NCBI GenBank assembly: GCA_043228905.1
Contig: JBHGNT010000017.1
Coordinates: 8,370,001 to 8,434,000 of the forward strand
Direction: 5' to 3'
DNA length: 64,000 nucleotides
Source: Azolla caroliniana
Lineage: Eukaryota > Plantae > Polypodiophyta
This document shows positions 36,800 through 49,699 of the stretch, one piece after another (the stretch's first letter is position 1; every line of letters starts with the position of its first letter). Position numbers and translations under genes: made by a program. Below the pieces are notes generated by a model. The model was not told the DNA's origin. It saw only the letters and a program-made list of their open reading frames with translations, and did no database searches.

Positions 36800-39130
36800 A
36801 GAACATGAGGGATGTACATATCACATAGTTAAATTCCATAACGCCCGAGTTTCCATAACCAATGTGAGAGGGAAAGATATGCACATCTATTTCAAAGAGC
36901 CCGAGCTTCCATTTTCAAAACCAATATTAGGAAGAATGATTACTAGAAAATATACATTTGGACAAAAATATCATAATAACAATCAAGAAATCTATGTGGT
37001 AGTTTACTACATATCAAATGAGCTCTTTAAGCTTTGTGACAAGTATAGTTGTATAAATATGAACCCTTTGCAACCGACAAAAATATGTCGAACATATAAC
37101 TTGGGAAAAGGAGTTGGAGCTACATTGAAATCCCATCTGACAATTATCCAGCAAGGCCACTCATATAGGTGCAAAGCACCCACATGGTCAGATGCAATGA
37201 AATGCAACTCGGTCCTTTCATATCAAGGGGAAACATATACCACTACAACAAGCAATGAAAGTATAAAAGGCTACTAACTAGCTAATGACCAACGTGCAAC
37301 TACAACAACATCCCTTAGTTTTGGGGATCTTATTAACTCCAATCATGGGCCAATGCGTATATTGTAAATCATAATTGAATATGACAAGTAAAATTATCAT
37401 CATGCCCCATGAACATTGGTAGTAGAGCTATTGGGCAACTTGCATTATTATCAATAGAGAAACAAGACAAAAATTGAAGGTAAAATTTAAGTGCTTATGA
37501 GATAATTTTTTTAAGGGTGAACAATCTAGAGCTTCTATAACGGTTCATTAAGCATTCTATGTACCTCGACATGACTGACATACTAAAACATGGAAAATCA
37601 TGATTCAAGTGTACATCTTTCCAAGTCAGCATCAAATCATCTTTCAAGTTAGCATTGTATCCATGAGAAATTCAAGAACAAATTATATCTATCTATTTTA
37701 AATTTTCTCATGAACTTTTCCTTCCAAAACTATATCTCTAATTGATTAAATTTGATCTCACTTGGCATACTTATATTGGAGAAGCAATGTTAGTGTCCAT
37801 CTGATGCTCAACATTCTTGCCACTACCCTAAAACATCATGTTTGTCTAGATTAAACAAAATATTGGTGAGAATTCGACTCCAAGCCTCATTCATCATGTC
37901 ATTGGGTAAAAATATATAAGAACTTCAAATGACTATTGAAGGGGGCAAATGAATATTGAATCATTATGAGGTGTGCAAACTCAAAATCAAGAGAATTATT
38001 TGTCGGCCAACTCTATTGCCAATACAAGAAAAAACAACAATTGATCCAACTTACATGTCACAAACCAAAATTTCACATTTTTAAAAGAAGAGAAGCAAAG
38101 TGGGTGATTAATCATTCTTAAATTTTACACCAAAGGAAAGTAGAACTAATTTATTTCCTATAGAGATTTCACTGAGCATATACTCAACTAATGGTTGTAT
38201 AATTAGTTTTGATTCCATTTCTTGGATGGGCCTCACATCCACTTGATAAAGCAAGAATGTCAATGTGTTCTATGCATCTAGCTTCCCTCCTTACTTGATA
38301 GAATTCACCTTAGTGCCATGACCCCTATATATGCTCAATTGCATCGTTAGCATGTCATCAATAAACATCATACGCATATCAAATTGTCATATTGTTATAA
38401 TATTTGGTCCAAATGCTCTTGATACCAAACACTATCATAGATTGCAATGTCCTCATCGATCAAGTTTGTGTGCATAGAAACATCCACCTCATCAAGCAAC
38501 ACAAACAGCATCACCAACACCATATGTCTAAGTCTTTTGTAAGCCACTAAAAAATTTACTTCGACAAATAAAAAGGGTAAATGTGTTAAGAAATATTAGA
38601 GTTTTTGTATCGTAACATTTATCATCTCATCCCACCACATGTGTGTATAAACAAAAAGACTTGTTTATCTTTTTGTAGGCACACATCATTACTTTGTTTT
38701 TTCTTTTGGACAATGGCCAATGAATGTCCCTTGTGGACTTTTGTAAAATGTCTTCAAAATCTCACAACTATAGAATCATAGATACATTAAAAATAAGGAA
38801 TCTTTGGGTTACATAAATCTCTTCATGCAAGGGATTTGAAAAGCAATTTTTTCTTGTTTAGAGGCAATGCTAAGTTAATAAAGGATACCAATTTTTATTG
38901 GGTTTGACAGGGCTTTCGTAATTTTGTAGAATTTACTTGCTTGCTTGTTAATAATATTATTCTATTATGCATGAACATTTACCATATGATAAATTGGTCT
39001 TGGGACTTTAATGTAGTGGAATATGATAACATTAAGACATGGCATATATCTATCACATTTTGTACCCATTACTACATGGTCATGATATATTATACATTCA
39101 TGATGTTGTACGGCGAAGGAATTAATTGAT
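36800..39130 (+). mobile_element. Possible highly degenerate Copia RT/RNase H remnant
   Basis: Only faint motifs in the expected order (WSDAM ~37185, STTESEY-like ~38765, KT.HI.I.F ~39035). Confidence 0.3.
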
Positions 39131-41026
39131 CGATGTGACTATAGACCACATGATATAAAAAGGGTTCAAGCTCAATATATATTAAATTTATAACTATGAT
39201 GAATATATCAAATTATCAACTGATTAATGTGCCGCTTTAGGAATCTTTATGTAGATATTATGATAGAAACCAGAAAACAAGTTGCATTGCAATTCAACTA
39301 CTTGTCAAAGAAGGACGACTTTTTTCCAAGAGGTTAACCGAATGTGTCATAAAGATCCTTTAGGGCAAGGAAAAATTATTGAACGAAGATGGAAAGCTAA
39401 CATCTGACGACAATACAATACAAATTTTATAAAATTTACTTGACATAATTTGATTGGTGCATGCTAATGTTGGATGTTAGGTCACCACCATATAAAGATA
39501 GCAAATGTGAGAAAATGCCAAGACCGCATATAATGAAAGCGGTTACATCATCCTCCGTGAAGTAGTTGCATTATCCTTTTTGTTATCATTGCTCATGCAA
39601 TGACTCCATAAAGACAATGTTGAGAGGCATAGACACTTGTAACAGCTTTATTTCTAAGTTACATGTTTGTCTCAATAGGCGAAGACCTTACGGTTGCTTT
39701 GTTTAACACTCCATTTCGTCCACATTGCCATTTCCTAAGGTAATGCTATCGTTTTCAACCCCTGGATCCTTCTAGAAAGTAAAACTTTTTCATAGAGCCA
39801 TGGTTTTTTTTCAAGAGTACGGCTTTTCGTAGCTTTGTACGATCCCGTATTTAAAAACCAAAGAAATCACGACGAAGATTTTTTAAGCTAACACTAGATT
39901 GCAACCTACAACCTGATGACCATCAGAAGGCATCATCATGTTTTGTGTTTGTCATATTCATATGGAGGTAACATTTTCAGCATAATCATTACCTTGTAAA
40001 ATGGCTAAAGTTACTAGACATGGCATTATCATCATCAATTGCAAACAAGCACGACAGTAGATACATTTGTATTTAACCCATGCCAGGAAAAGTATCACAT
40101 CCAATGTTCAAAAGGAGAGACCTGATTCTTACCCAAAAAAAAGAAATGACCAAATAAACTCTCAAATCTTAGAAACATAGAAGAAAAGACACCTTGACTT
40201 TATTTATTTTTGAGTTGTATCCAATTAAATAGCCTTGATAAGTTTAGGTAAATAACTTTTCTTTAACAATTAATACTTCGACAATGAGGTCGTTCGATCC
40301 TTAATCAAAATTACAAAATCATCATGGGTTGGTTTGGGAGCTATTGGAGTGCACAATTACTCAGCCCTTCAAACTGTTGATCAACATGTTGAATGATATG
40401 AGGTTTACAAAACCGAAAAAGAATTACAAAATGTGATGTAGTTAAGCTAAAACAAGGGCGAGAGGGGAAAAAAAATTGTATAGGAAGGACTCATTTTTTA
40501 TAATCAAACATGAGGACACTATCATTACAACCAAGGAGACGAAAAATTAACTCTCCTTAGAAGGCCTTTGATGATAAGGAATTTTCTTCTTCGTCGTCTT
40601 CTTCTATCTCACTCTTTTTGAACAAAAACAAGCAAAGATCTTTACCATGTGTTGGCTTCGTATGTCCTTTCCTCATGTCATGTCGAATTTTGCTGAGACA
40701 TTGGTGCAGCCATGACTCGAATGTCGCCGCTAAATGAGACGGAAAGAATTAAGCGAATGCCCATTTTGAATTATGCTGAGACAACTGACTGGTTCACCCG
40801 CAGCTTGCATGCTGCTAAATGAGATGGCAAAAATTAAGGCAATGCCCATTTTGAACGAGGTTGAAAAAGCCCAAAAGAGGAAAGATGGAGAAGAATCGGC
40901 AAGAACACAATGTGATACACTCATATTACTCGATCATGGGAAAGACACCAAATATTTGTGATGTTGGCATCATTAGATCACATACTACTAATACTACTAT
41001 ATTAATTGTTGTATACGGTATCCCAA

Positions 41027-41210
41027 CACTAATATACTACTACTAATATACTAATATACTAATATACTAATATACTAATATACTAATATACTAATATACT
41101 AAAATACTAATATACTAATATACTAATAGACTACTATACTAATATACTACCATACTACTATACTACTATACTAGCTGCTGCTGCTACTACTACTACTACT
41201 ACTACTAGCT
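41027..41210. repeat. (CTAATATA)n minisatellite grading into (CTA)n/(CTG)n
   Basis: Directly visible. Confidence 0.9.
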
Positions 41211-41457
41211 CAGCTTCCTCCTCTTGGAAGTGTACATATAAGAGAGGTAGATAAAACGCATTCTTGCCATGCAAAGAAGGAATGTTTGGGGATAAGAAGG
41301 ATAGAGCAGGGGAGAGATCTCTCTCCCTCTTGTTTTTGTGTGTTTCCCCAAAAACCTCTCAAAAAGCCCCTCTAAAAATAGTAGAGGAGAGAGCTGTCTC
41401 TTGCTCTCAGTTATTTCTTGAGGAAAAATGCTGTCATTGCCTAACTGACCTACTTAA

Positions 41458-42610
41458 CTAAATGGTATCCTCTTTGTTGGAGATATGTGGAGGAGGATGG
41501 GTGGGTATTATCTCAATCGTCGTTGGAATAGCATGATCATCGGGCTCAGGGAAGATCTCACTGGATCCGGGCCTCCTTAGAGACACTTCACCATGACCAC
41601 TACTCCCTTGAGACCCACCCCCATTCAACATGAGCTTCACCATGTTCTTTTGCAAGTGTTCTTCCCTTAGAGACCCTGGTATCACCACAGCCTCCGAAGA
41701 GCTATGTCTCCAACTACCAAATAAGGCAGCATTCCATGACCCCTGTGAAGAGCCTCTAGATCTCCCAGACCCATTCAGCTTATCCTCCCTTACCACTTTC
41801 AGTGGGTTCTCCAATGCCTTTAACACATATCTCATCAATGGCCTTTTTGAAGGTTTTGGGTTGAGACATGATTTGGCCACAATGGACATTGCCCAAACCT
41901 CTTCCAGAAGATCTTCATCCACTAGCAAACTTGGGTCTAGGATTTTGTTGATTGAATCTTTATCATCTAGATTGATGAGGTTTAGTGACCACTCGATCCA
42001 TGCATCGGTTGTGGAAGGGTCTTTTGACCCACTTAACCCCAGCTTCCCTGACACCAGCTCCAAAAGCACTTTCCCAAAGCAATATACATCATGGGCGCAT
42101 GTAGGAGTTGCATTGCCTGAAATTTTTACATGAACTTTTTCTCTTTAAAAAACCAATTTTTATGTCCTATCATCCGATAACTAAAATCTTTCAGTTTATG
42201 AGATGTAAGTGTTTTCAAGTTTCAAACTGTCTTTTAAGGTTGGATAAAAGTTAGTACCTGCTTCTCCATGCTCCAATGCCCTGTTAAATCGGAAAAAACA
42301 TACACTTCTAAGGTCTCATTTTTGCCAAAAAATGCATTCTTAGACCATTAAAACAGTATACGCATCGTTATTTATATCAGCACTGGCTAGTTTTTTCTAT
42401 GTTTTTTAAGAACATTTTTGGATATTAATTATGATCAGTATTTTGTCATGGTTTTGTTCCTGTATTTACGAAAATAAATAAGGGATTAAAATTAATCTAG
42501 CAAAAAATAAGACAAATGCCTAATTCTCTTTTAATTTCAGATACCACCAAATCATTTATACCCACCCATATATATAGAGTAAGCTTCAACGAATGAAGAT
42601 TGACTATCAC

Positions 42611-42670
<60 letters not shown>

Positions 42671-45385
42671 TATGCTGTATATCACCCATAGACTTTCAGA
42701 TATGTAGAGTAAGCTGTATCTTCCATGACATTCATTCTTATTACTGCACCAATATATATTCTATGTATACCTATAGGCTATGTATATAATGACACTAAAG
42801 CCAAGCAAGATAAGAGGAAGAACTTAAGCGTGCCATATATAATAATGCTGGAATTCATATGCATTCTATGTGATAGTGATGTGCATAATATTGCTCACTC
42901 AAGAAAGATAGCATTTACTTACTGTGATCTCCGGAGTATGCGTGAGAAAACTCCGAGATGTGATTCCCCCATAGCTATACAAGCATCCGATAAACTCCCC
43001 AACCTCACTTCAAACTTTTCATCAAGAAGGATGCTGCTTGCTTGAATATCCCTGCACATAAAAACAGGATATCCTTAAAATGCCCAATGCTTTCAAAACG
43101 TCTTAGAAATGCACTGTCCTCTGACAATCAAGTTTGACCAAGCCCACACATCTCTATAAATTCCAGTTTTAAGTTTACCTAGATTCTACATATATAATAC
43201 AGCATTCCCAATTTAGGAGCCCTTCATGTGAATGATTAGTCAAATGGTGGTGCTGAATTATATAATCTCTGGCAACTTTGGCATAAAAGAAAATAAAATC
43301 TAAAGTAGTTATTCAGTGAAGAAACCAAAAAAAACATACACCCATCCTCATGACACCTAAAGTAAACAAACATATATAAACTTAACAGGCAATAGCAAGA
43401 CACTGGGGAGGAAAAACTCATAGACACAGATAGTTAACCTGTGGATAAATCAACAAATATATGCATATTAGAAACTCAACAAATTTTCATTTGCATTTTT
43501 GATTGATTGATAGTTTGTTGAGAGAGATTTACCTATGCACCAGAGGAGGTGTGCACTCATGGTGAAGGTATGTCAAACCTTCGGCAACCCCAATAGCAAT
43601 CTTTAATCGTGTTATCCAATCAAGTGAAGGCAATGTATCTTCTGAGATGCCTCCCATAAACTTTTTATGTAGGGCAAACCCAAGATCCCGAGCTGGCATG
43701 AATTTGTAAACTAAGAACTTCTCGTCTTCACGCTCAAAACAATAGCCTAACAAGGTTACCAACCTCGTATGAGAAGCTTTGCTAAAAACATCTAGCTCAC
43801 CAAGATAACCTTCTCTTTTGACCTTGGCAAAGTCTATCCTTTTCACCGCAATGAGCACACCCCCTTCCAACATACCTTGATAAAAATCACCTGAGTGACC
43901 AGATTTCATGAAGTTCGTCCCATCAAATCCTCTGGTCGCTTGCACTAGTTGAGAATAGGTGAAGCTCTCTCCAAGACAAAGCAAGTTCACTGACATATTA
44001 TTACCTGGGAAGGGTGGAGATAAACCCTTAGAAACCTCTCTTTTGTCTTTACTACGAGTCTTCCTTTGCCTCTTTAGCAAGGAAACAAACAAAATAATAA
44101 GTAGTATGAACCCTAGTCCTCCGAAAACCCCTGCCAGGATGGGTATTAGATGAATTTTGATCCTACTCGTTTTTCTGTTTATGGTTGATGAGAATGCCCC
44201 CTTTGCACCTTGATATATAAGACCCATTTCTGAATAGAATTCCTCACATTCATCTAGGGTTCGTTGATTCACGGCATTTGTAAAGCAATTGTTATCCAAT
44301 GTAGTAGCAGTGGAAATAAAAGAATTAGGCAAAGACCCCTCAAAGAAGTTACTTGAGATGTCCAATGCTTTTATGACAGACATATTCAGATCCATAAACT
44401 GTAGAGTCCCATAGAATGAGTTGTTGGAGATCAAGATTTGCTGGGCTTGCTTGAATCCAGTTGTGTTAATATTCCCCGTAAGATTGTTGGAATATAGGCT
44501 GAGGATCGAAAGATTCCCTAGTGAGATTCCAAGAGATACAGGTAATCTGCCTGTGAGATTGTTACGATCCAACAAAAGATTCTCCAACAACACACAATTT
44601 GAGAGCTCAATCGGGATGCTCCCATTTATCGAATTCTGGGACAATGCCAATGAGGCAAGAGATTTCAACTGTCCGAATGAGGTCGGGATGGGACCAGTTA
44701 GGGCATTGAACCCAAGATCAAGACTTCTCAAAGACGAAAGTGAACCCAAATCAGGAGGTATCAAACCTTCGAATCCATTGCCACCCATGGAGAGAATCTC
44801 TAGTTTTACAAGGTTTCCGAGCTCAGGAGGTATTGAGCCCGAGAGATTATTGTGGGATACGTCAAAGAAGGTGATATCCACAAGATTTCCAAGAGATAAA
44901 GGAATGGAGCCTGAGATGGAGGAAGAGGACAGATCAAGGTGTCGGAGGGCAAGCAAAGACCCGAACCAATCAGGGATATGTCCAGGCAAAGCAAATCCTG
45001 AGGATGAAAAGGAAATTAGTTTGGTTAGGTTTTGCAAAGGGTCAAGTGCAAATGCGGCGGTCGTGGAGCCTTTCACTGTTCTTCTGAGGGTTGTGAGATT
45101 GATGGAGGAGACATGGCGGCCATCAAAGGTGCAAGAAACACCTGTCCATATGCTGCAAGGGTCGGTTTTCCGGGGCCAGTATCGGCTTCGGATGCCGAGC
45201 AGAGACCTTAGGGAGAGGAGAGCGGCCGCCTCCGACCTGTCAAGGCTGGTTTGTATGCCTGTCGGAGCAGACAGCTCAACCACTTGAGCTAATGCACCTC
45301 TCCTTCCTCCTCCTAAGAGAATTAAATGGCTGAGTAGCAGAAGAAGAAGAAGAAGAAGAGGCATGGCATACCTGATATCAAGCAT
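41458..45385 (-). CDS. LRR receptor-like kinase, At2g16250/LRR-XIV-like, ~887 aa; exons 45385-43533, 43051-42923, 42280-42258, 42116-41458
   Basis: Signal peptide, LRRNT (DPCSIWTGVSC), plant LRRs, TM helix, kinase (GHSGDFY, AVK, HRDIQASSILL, DVYCFGKVLLEL). All introns are GT-AG and in phase, totalling 2664 nt. Confidence 0.93.
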
Positions 45386-46039
45386 CTTTTATAGTTGTGA
45401 ATCTTCACAACACATCCTTCCAATCTCTGTATTGTTTGGTGGTAGACAGAGTATCCTGCATCTTTTCTTCGTCGTTCTTCTCTCCATGGCACGCATACAG
45501 CAGCATCATGAGGCAACCCTCACACATGGGAAGCTACCATCTCCTCACATTATGAGCCGCAATGCATGATCTGCTGTTCTCTCTTCTCCATCTCCATCTC
45601 CATCTCCATCTCCATAAGACTGATGAACACACACATCATTGAATATAAATAATCCGTCCATGATGGGTATCAAGCATCTGATTCTTCTTCTTTTACAACA
45701 CCCACAAACTGTTCCTTCTGTTTGTTCCCTGATTCAGAGGAAAAGCAAACCAACCCTAAATAAATAAAACCTTTACTCTTGCACCCATATGATTAGGTTA
45801 TCATGCCATAATCAAATCCTTGACTGACTGACTGAATGAATGTCTTCTTCATATCCTTCCTTTTCTTTTACATTCTTCCATTCTTCTTTTTCTCTTCAAC
45901 TTGCTTCCCACTGCTATTATTACAACAAACTAGTAGAGATTCTTCTCTTCTCTTCTCTTCTCTTCTTTTTCTTGTTTTCTATTTTCTATTTTCCTTTTCT
46001 TCGTGTTGAGGTACTCTGTTTCTGTGCTTTGAGATGGGG

Positions 46040-46042
<3 letters not shown>

Positions 46043-46083
<41 letters not shown>

Positions 46084-46707
46084 TGGGGGGTTTGGTGAAC
46101 CTCCTTCTCTCATTTAATGCCCAATCTTATGCTGAGAAAACAACAAGATACATATATGTATGTATATGTATATATATGTATATATATATATATTCATTCA
46201 CATACATATGTATGTATGTGTATTATTGTATTCGTATTTGTATTTGTATGTAGGTAATTTGTACACACACAATGGTGAGCTCCATTTTTCTTTGCTATCC
46301 ATTTATTAGGTTAAAAAAGAAACGTCCTACCCTTCTGTCTCCTACCTTAGACATAGAACAGAGTAGAGTGTGTGGGTCTAGTAGAGTGAGAGAACACATA
46401 CATATATGTATGTACATTATATATCAATAATAAGAGAAAAGCCACGAACACACTCTCTCTCCTCTTTCTCTCTTCCAATGGCTTGGACTTCGGAACAGAT
46501 GCTAGAGAGAGAGAGAGAGAGAGAGAGAGTCTAGACTGTAGAGGAAGAATATGATAAGAAGAGAGAGGTGTTCTCCCTCTAACTTAGACTTCGGAACAGG
46601 GACTCTGAGAGAGAGAGAGAGAGAGAGAGATGGTCTCTCCTCCTACCAATAATGTTCTCTCTCTCTCTCTCTCTCTCTCTCGCAACAGGGCAGGCATATA
46701 AAGCACA

Positions 46708-46742
<35 letters not shown>
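46043..46742. repeat. Cluster of (GA)n/(CT)n/(TA)n microsatellites upstream of the RLK
   Basis: Runs at ~46043, 46160, 46504, 46607, 46657 and 46714. Confidence 0.85.
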
Positions 46743-46746
<4 letters not shown>

Positions 46747-49699
46747 GCGTCATCATTGGTTGCTTCATTTCTTTACTGTTCAAATTCTTGTTTTGTTTTG
46801 TAATCCTTTTTTCGTTCTAGTAGGGCCCTTTTATTCTTTTTCTTTTTTCATTAAAAAAGGCTCACAACAATCAGGGTCTTACTTGAACTTTTAGCCAAAA
46901 CTTTGTTTTTGCTCCACCAAAGTTGGGGGGGAGAAGAGGGGGGGGGGGGGGGGGATGTTTAAATACTTGCTTTTCTCCCTTCTTCTTTTTCTTCTTGTTC
47001 TATAGGACAAACAGCCAAGCCTAAAACCAAAACCTCACCCCTCCTTTATGATGAAGCCATCCCCAAGTAGTAGTAGTACCACTAGTAGTAGACTGTAATA
47101 TGTAGTGATCAGTAATGATGAAGCCATCCCCAAGCACTACTAATCGTGATCAAGAAGTGATAGTAGTGGTACTAATAGTAATTGTAGTTGTGAGTTAGTT
47201 GTGATCAAGAAGTTGTAGTTAGTAATGATCCAAGTAGTAGTATAGTATATTAGTAGAATACGTGAAAAGTTGAATAACGGTGGTTCTAAAACGTAGAATA
47301 TGTGTAGAGTATTCTAAAACGTAGAATACGCGTTTTTTAACAACTATGGTTTTTACAAGCTATATAACGTGTATATGTATGTATATGTGAAGTGTTTTGT
47401 CCAAAAAAATCAAAACCTATCACCAAAAGTGATAGATTTTGGCTATACTTATTTTGAACCTCGAAGTCTCCCTTAGGTTGCTTTCTTACTACATCCAAAG
47501 AACAGACAAAAAATTTGTTGATTCAATTAAAAAGTTTACCATTCTAAAAGACACATTCACACTATTGACTAAAGAAACCACATTTTGTTCTTTCCTATCC
47601 CGCCATTTCTGCCCAACGGTAGTACCTTCGGTATATGATTTGTCTACGTCATGCTTTGTTTGATCAGTTGTTTGTGTAGAGACATCACACAAAGTATAGA
47701 AATATAAATAAATACTACAAAGAATATGTCATTTGCTATGATGCTATGAAATATATGGCATCCATCAGCTTTATTTCTACTAGAAATACTAAAAATAAGG
47801 TATTTTGCTAAGCTATAATGTCAAGTGAACCTAACATTCAAAGGAGGTGAACACATGTGGTTGACTATGAAGTCACTTTCTCATATTAATGCCATTTTCT
47901 TGTATTAATATGACTGCCATCACATTGAAGTTGTTGAAGCCAATCTTACATTGACATAATACTTGAATTCAACTTTTAACCTAATTTTTAGAGAAGCATT
48001 AGCTATCATAAGGAAAGACCTTCTTGCACTTTCCACGTCAATTTGACAAAATTAATTGGACCTAATTTGCATAAAGAAACCCCACGGTTTATGGAGTATT
48101 TATGTTTTTGGCAACCTTCTATTCCACATGCACTAGTAGAAGCCAATTTCTTTTACTTACCTAAGTCGGCGTCGTAAATGGATGGTTACACATTGCAATA
48201 AGCTTTGAGCCAAAATATCTTAACATCGGAGTGGACAAAGCTATACAGAGACATAGAAACTTGTGAGAAAGAGTTGGAACTAGACAAAAAGCTTGTCAAA
48301 ATTGTAGGTCCTTTTTTTCCTTATTGAAATATTCAAGCAAGATCCTTGGAGACGGACACGAACGTGATGCGTCACAACCTTTCATAAATAACACTTGTGC
48401 ATTGTCTCTCAGCCACAACATTTTTCGAGAGACTTAAGGACCCTACACTTGAGTTTCTATCATTCTATTTTTAAGAACATGTTGAATTATATAGTTGCTT
48501 ACTAATTAAGTCTTCAACATGCAACTACCATCACGAACAAGGTAAATTTCCTTTCCCATAAAAAGGTAGGTTACAAATTTGGGTTCATAAAAAACTAAAG
48601 CATATGCGAAATTGTGAAGTTAAATGACAGATCGTGAAGCCTATGGACATGATTCATTTCCTTTGTATATTATCTACGTTGAAAGATGGGTAAATCTTCT
48701 CTAAGTAAATGTTGAAAGGCTATCATCAAAATTTCCAAAACATTACATATCCTTTTGTTAGGACACCATTTATCTAGAAAATTTAAGGTCAAACTTTTCT
48801 AAGAACACAATGTGTTACATCTTCTAATGATCCTTTTCTCTATTGCTTCACCCCAAAAGTGACAACGTGGACCAAGTTTGTAAAGGTTGTATCGAAGGAT
48901 AAAACAATGGAGTTTAAGTTCTGCTTTTATTTATTCTTTACTTTTTCTTTAAACGTATGGGATTTTTCTTTCTCTATTTAACTAAATTATTGCATCTCTT
49001 TCCAAACAATATAACTCATCACCATGTTTATAAACAAGAGGTAGTGCATCACATTTTATTTTGCACACAATTTCTTTTTTTGTTCTGGTCTTCTTTACAC
49101 AAGAGGTTGAATATTTTAACATTTCCTAGCAAATTAGCAATGACAAAACAAAGAGAAGTCTCTAAGTATTAGTTGTTCAATAGTTGACAAAAACATATAC
49201 GTAGATCTCTCATATGAATATATCAATGATGAAATAATTGGTTTGATTTGAACAATCACAAACAACAATCAAATTCCATATATAATATATGTTGGATCAT
49301 CGTGTGTAAAACATACGAACATTTTACGATCATGTCTAACTGAATAATGAATTTTGAATTAATATTTGTCTTTATTGGCTTATAAGAAATGTTAATTCAT
49401 TATAAAGATTCAAAACCCAAGATGAAGATAGTAAACATCTTGCACATTATGGTATCTTGCATTCTATATTAGAAGAAATAAGCCAACAATTATTTGCACT
49501 TAATTAATACTCAAGATGGATAGATAATGATTACGTGCTAAAGCATAATGTCAAAGCAATCTCTTCGTTTTCAATACCAATCTACAACTATAAAATCAAT
49601 GACACGGGTTCAAGTTGTACAAAATGGGTCTAATAGTGTTGACTTTTAAAAGTTCTCTCTCTCTCTCTCTCTCTCTCTCAAAATTGCAAAGTTGTATGT

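Noticed and set aside
36795-37277. 160-aa ORF as a host gene
   Set aside because: No recognisable domain; more likely chance or decayed TE sequence.
44421-45287. 288-aa plus-strand ORF
   Set aside because: Antisense shadow of the LRR-coding exon.
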